Positions 63,452 to 64,000 of a stretch of DNA of 64,000 nucleotides are shown here, piece after piece. Positions within the stretch are counted from its first letter, which is position 1, and each line of letters starts with the position of its first letter. Both the position numbers and the translations under genes were made by a program. The notes beneath the pieces were generated by a model. It saw only the letters and a program-made list of their open reading frames with translations, had not been told where the DNA came from and searched no databases. This stretch comes from a virus, in IMG/VR virus record IMGVR_UViG_3300010399_000034, positions 22,807 to 86,806 of that record; one strand, 5' to 3'.

Positions 63452-64000
63452 ATGATGTACGGCTGGTCCGACTACGGCTTCTACGGGGACGTCACGTTCC
63501 CTCGGCAGAATCGATTCAAGGCGTACGACCGGAGCAACAACGGCCTCGGTGGTGTGCGTCCTGTTTTGAGCGGCAGTGGCTATCGCGCTGCGCTCGGCAA
63601 GGTGGTGAGACCCGGTATGGCCTCCGCACGACAGCTCGACTACAACATGTTCGCTCGCATGGGGATTCGTCCGGCCGGGATCGGCGGTGGCGGACTCGGT
63701 GCGACCGATCGAGAGATCTGCTCGATCCTCACTTCCACGGCGGGCGCGCTCACGAGCGGCGTGACGCAGGCCGCACTCGGCGCGCGTCCTACGCAGCGCG
63801 CAGGCGAGACGAACAGCGCATTCAACCGTCGTCTGACCGACTGGGAGACGCAGACGCGCGTCGGCTCGACGGCGGGTACGTCGCTCACGACCGCATCGCG
63901 CCTCTGCGACCTGATCGATCAAGCGGACACCTCGCAGGGCAGCAACCCGTCGGTCCAGGGCGGTCCGTCGGCGTGGGAGCTCGCGGCGGCGCGCTCCGAG
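63452..64000 (+). CDS. GLG-motif protein, putative virion protein (3'-truncated)
   Basis: MMYGWSDYG...NNGLGG...GGGGLGATD; frame is open to the window end. Confidence 0.65.
   Translation, partial: MMYGWSDYGFYGDVTFPRQNRFKAYDRSNNGLGGVRPVLSGSGYRAALGKVVRPGMASARQLDYNMFARMGIRPAGIGGGGLGATDREICSILTSTAGALTSGVTQAALGARPTQRAGETNSAFNRRLTDWETQTRVGSTAGTSLTTASRLCDLIDQADTSQGSNPSVQGGPSAWELAAARSE

Larger units (their letters stand above)
1..64000. mobile_element. Bacteriophage/virus genome segment (probable Myxococcota host, possibly tailless)
   Basis: Dense, translationally coupled small ORFs; phage-type replication module (PolA, SNF2, Sak4-like, PD-(D/E)XK, DUF3987); lysis-like enzymes; no host core operons seen. 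Confidence 0.9.

Overview
The whole 64-kb window reads as one GC-rich, gene-dense virus (phage) genome segment. I saw no host housekeeping block and no terminase, portal, HK97 capsid or tail genes. Several genes look myxobacterial (STAS/SEC14-like protein, myxobacterial-type SspB, di-heme cytochrome c lipoprotein, sigma54-like promoters), so a Myxococcota host is inferred. Layout: (1) 1-8.3 kb (+) modification cluster with a GT-like protein, four SAM methyltransferases, a radical SAM/SPASM enzyme and WecB. (2) 8.3-23.7 kb small early/accessory genes transcribed divergently from a palindrome-rich control region at about 19.45-19.7 kb, including a ParB-like protein and a tyrosine recombinase. 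(3) 23.7-34 kb cell-wall enzymes, membrane proteins and lysis-like genes. (4) 34-59.5 kb (-) replication and nucleotide module: split UDG-exonuclease/PolA with intein, SSB-like protein, GroES, Sak4-like ATPase, DnaQ-like and PD-(D/E)XK nucleases, Dam, GTs, SNF2 helicase with a class 3 Gln1 intein. (5) Probable origin plus DUF3987 protein. (6) From 62 kb (+) a transglutaminase-like protein and GLG-motif proteins, resembling the start of a tailless membrane-containing virus structural module. The most novel signals are non-coding: a guide-like small RNA whose 5' 21 nt exactly match an intergenic site 20 kb away, five covarying hairpins sitting at stop-codon/RBS junctions of early genes, two RNAs shaped like the tRNA-like domain of tmRNA (alongside a viral SspB), and a 270-nt structured RNA before the polymerase. 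All family calls come from motif recognition by eye, not database searches.
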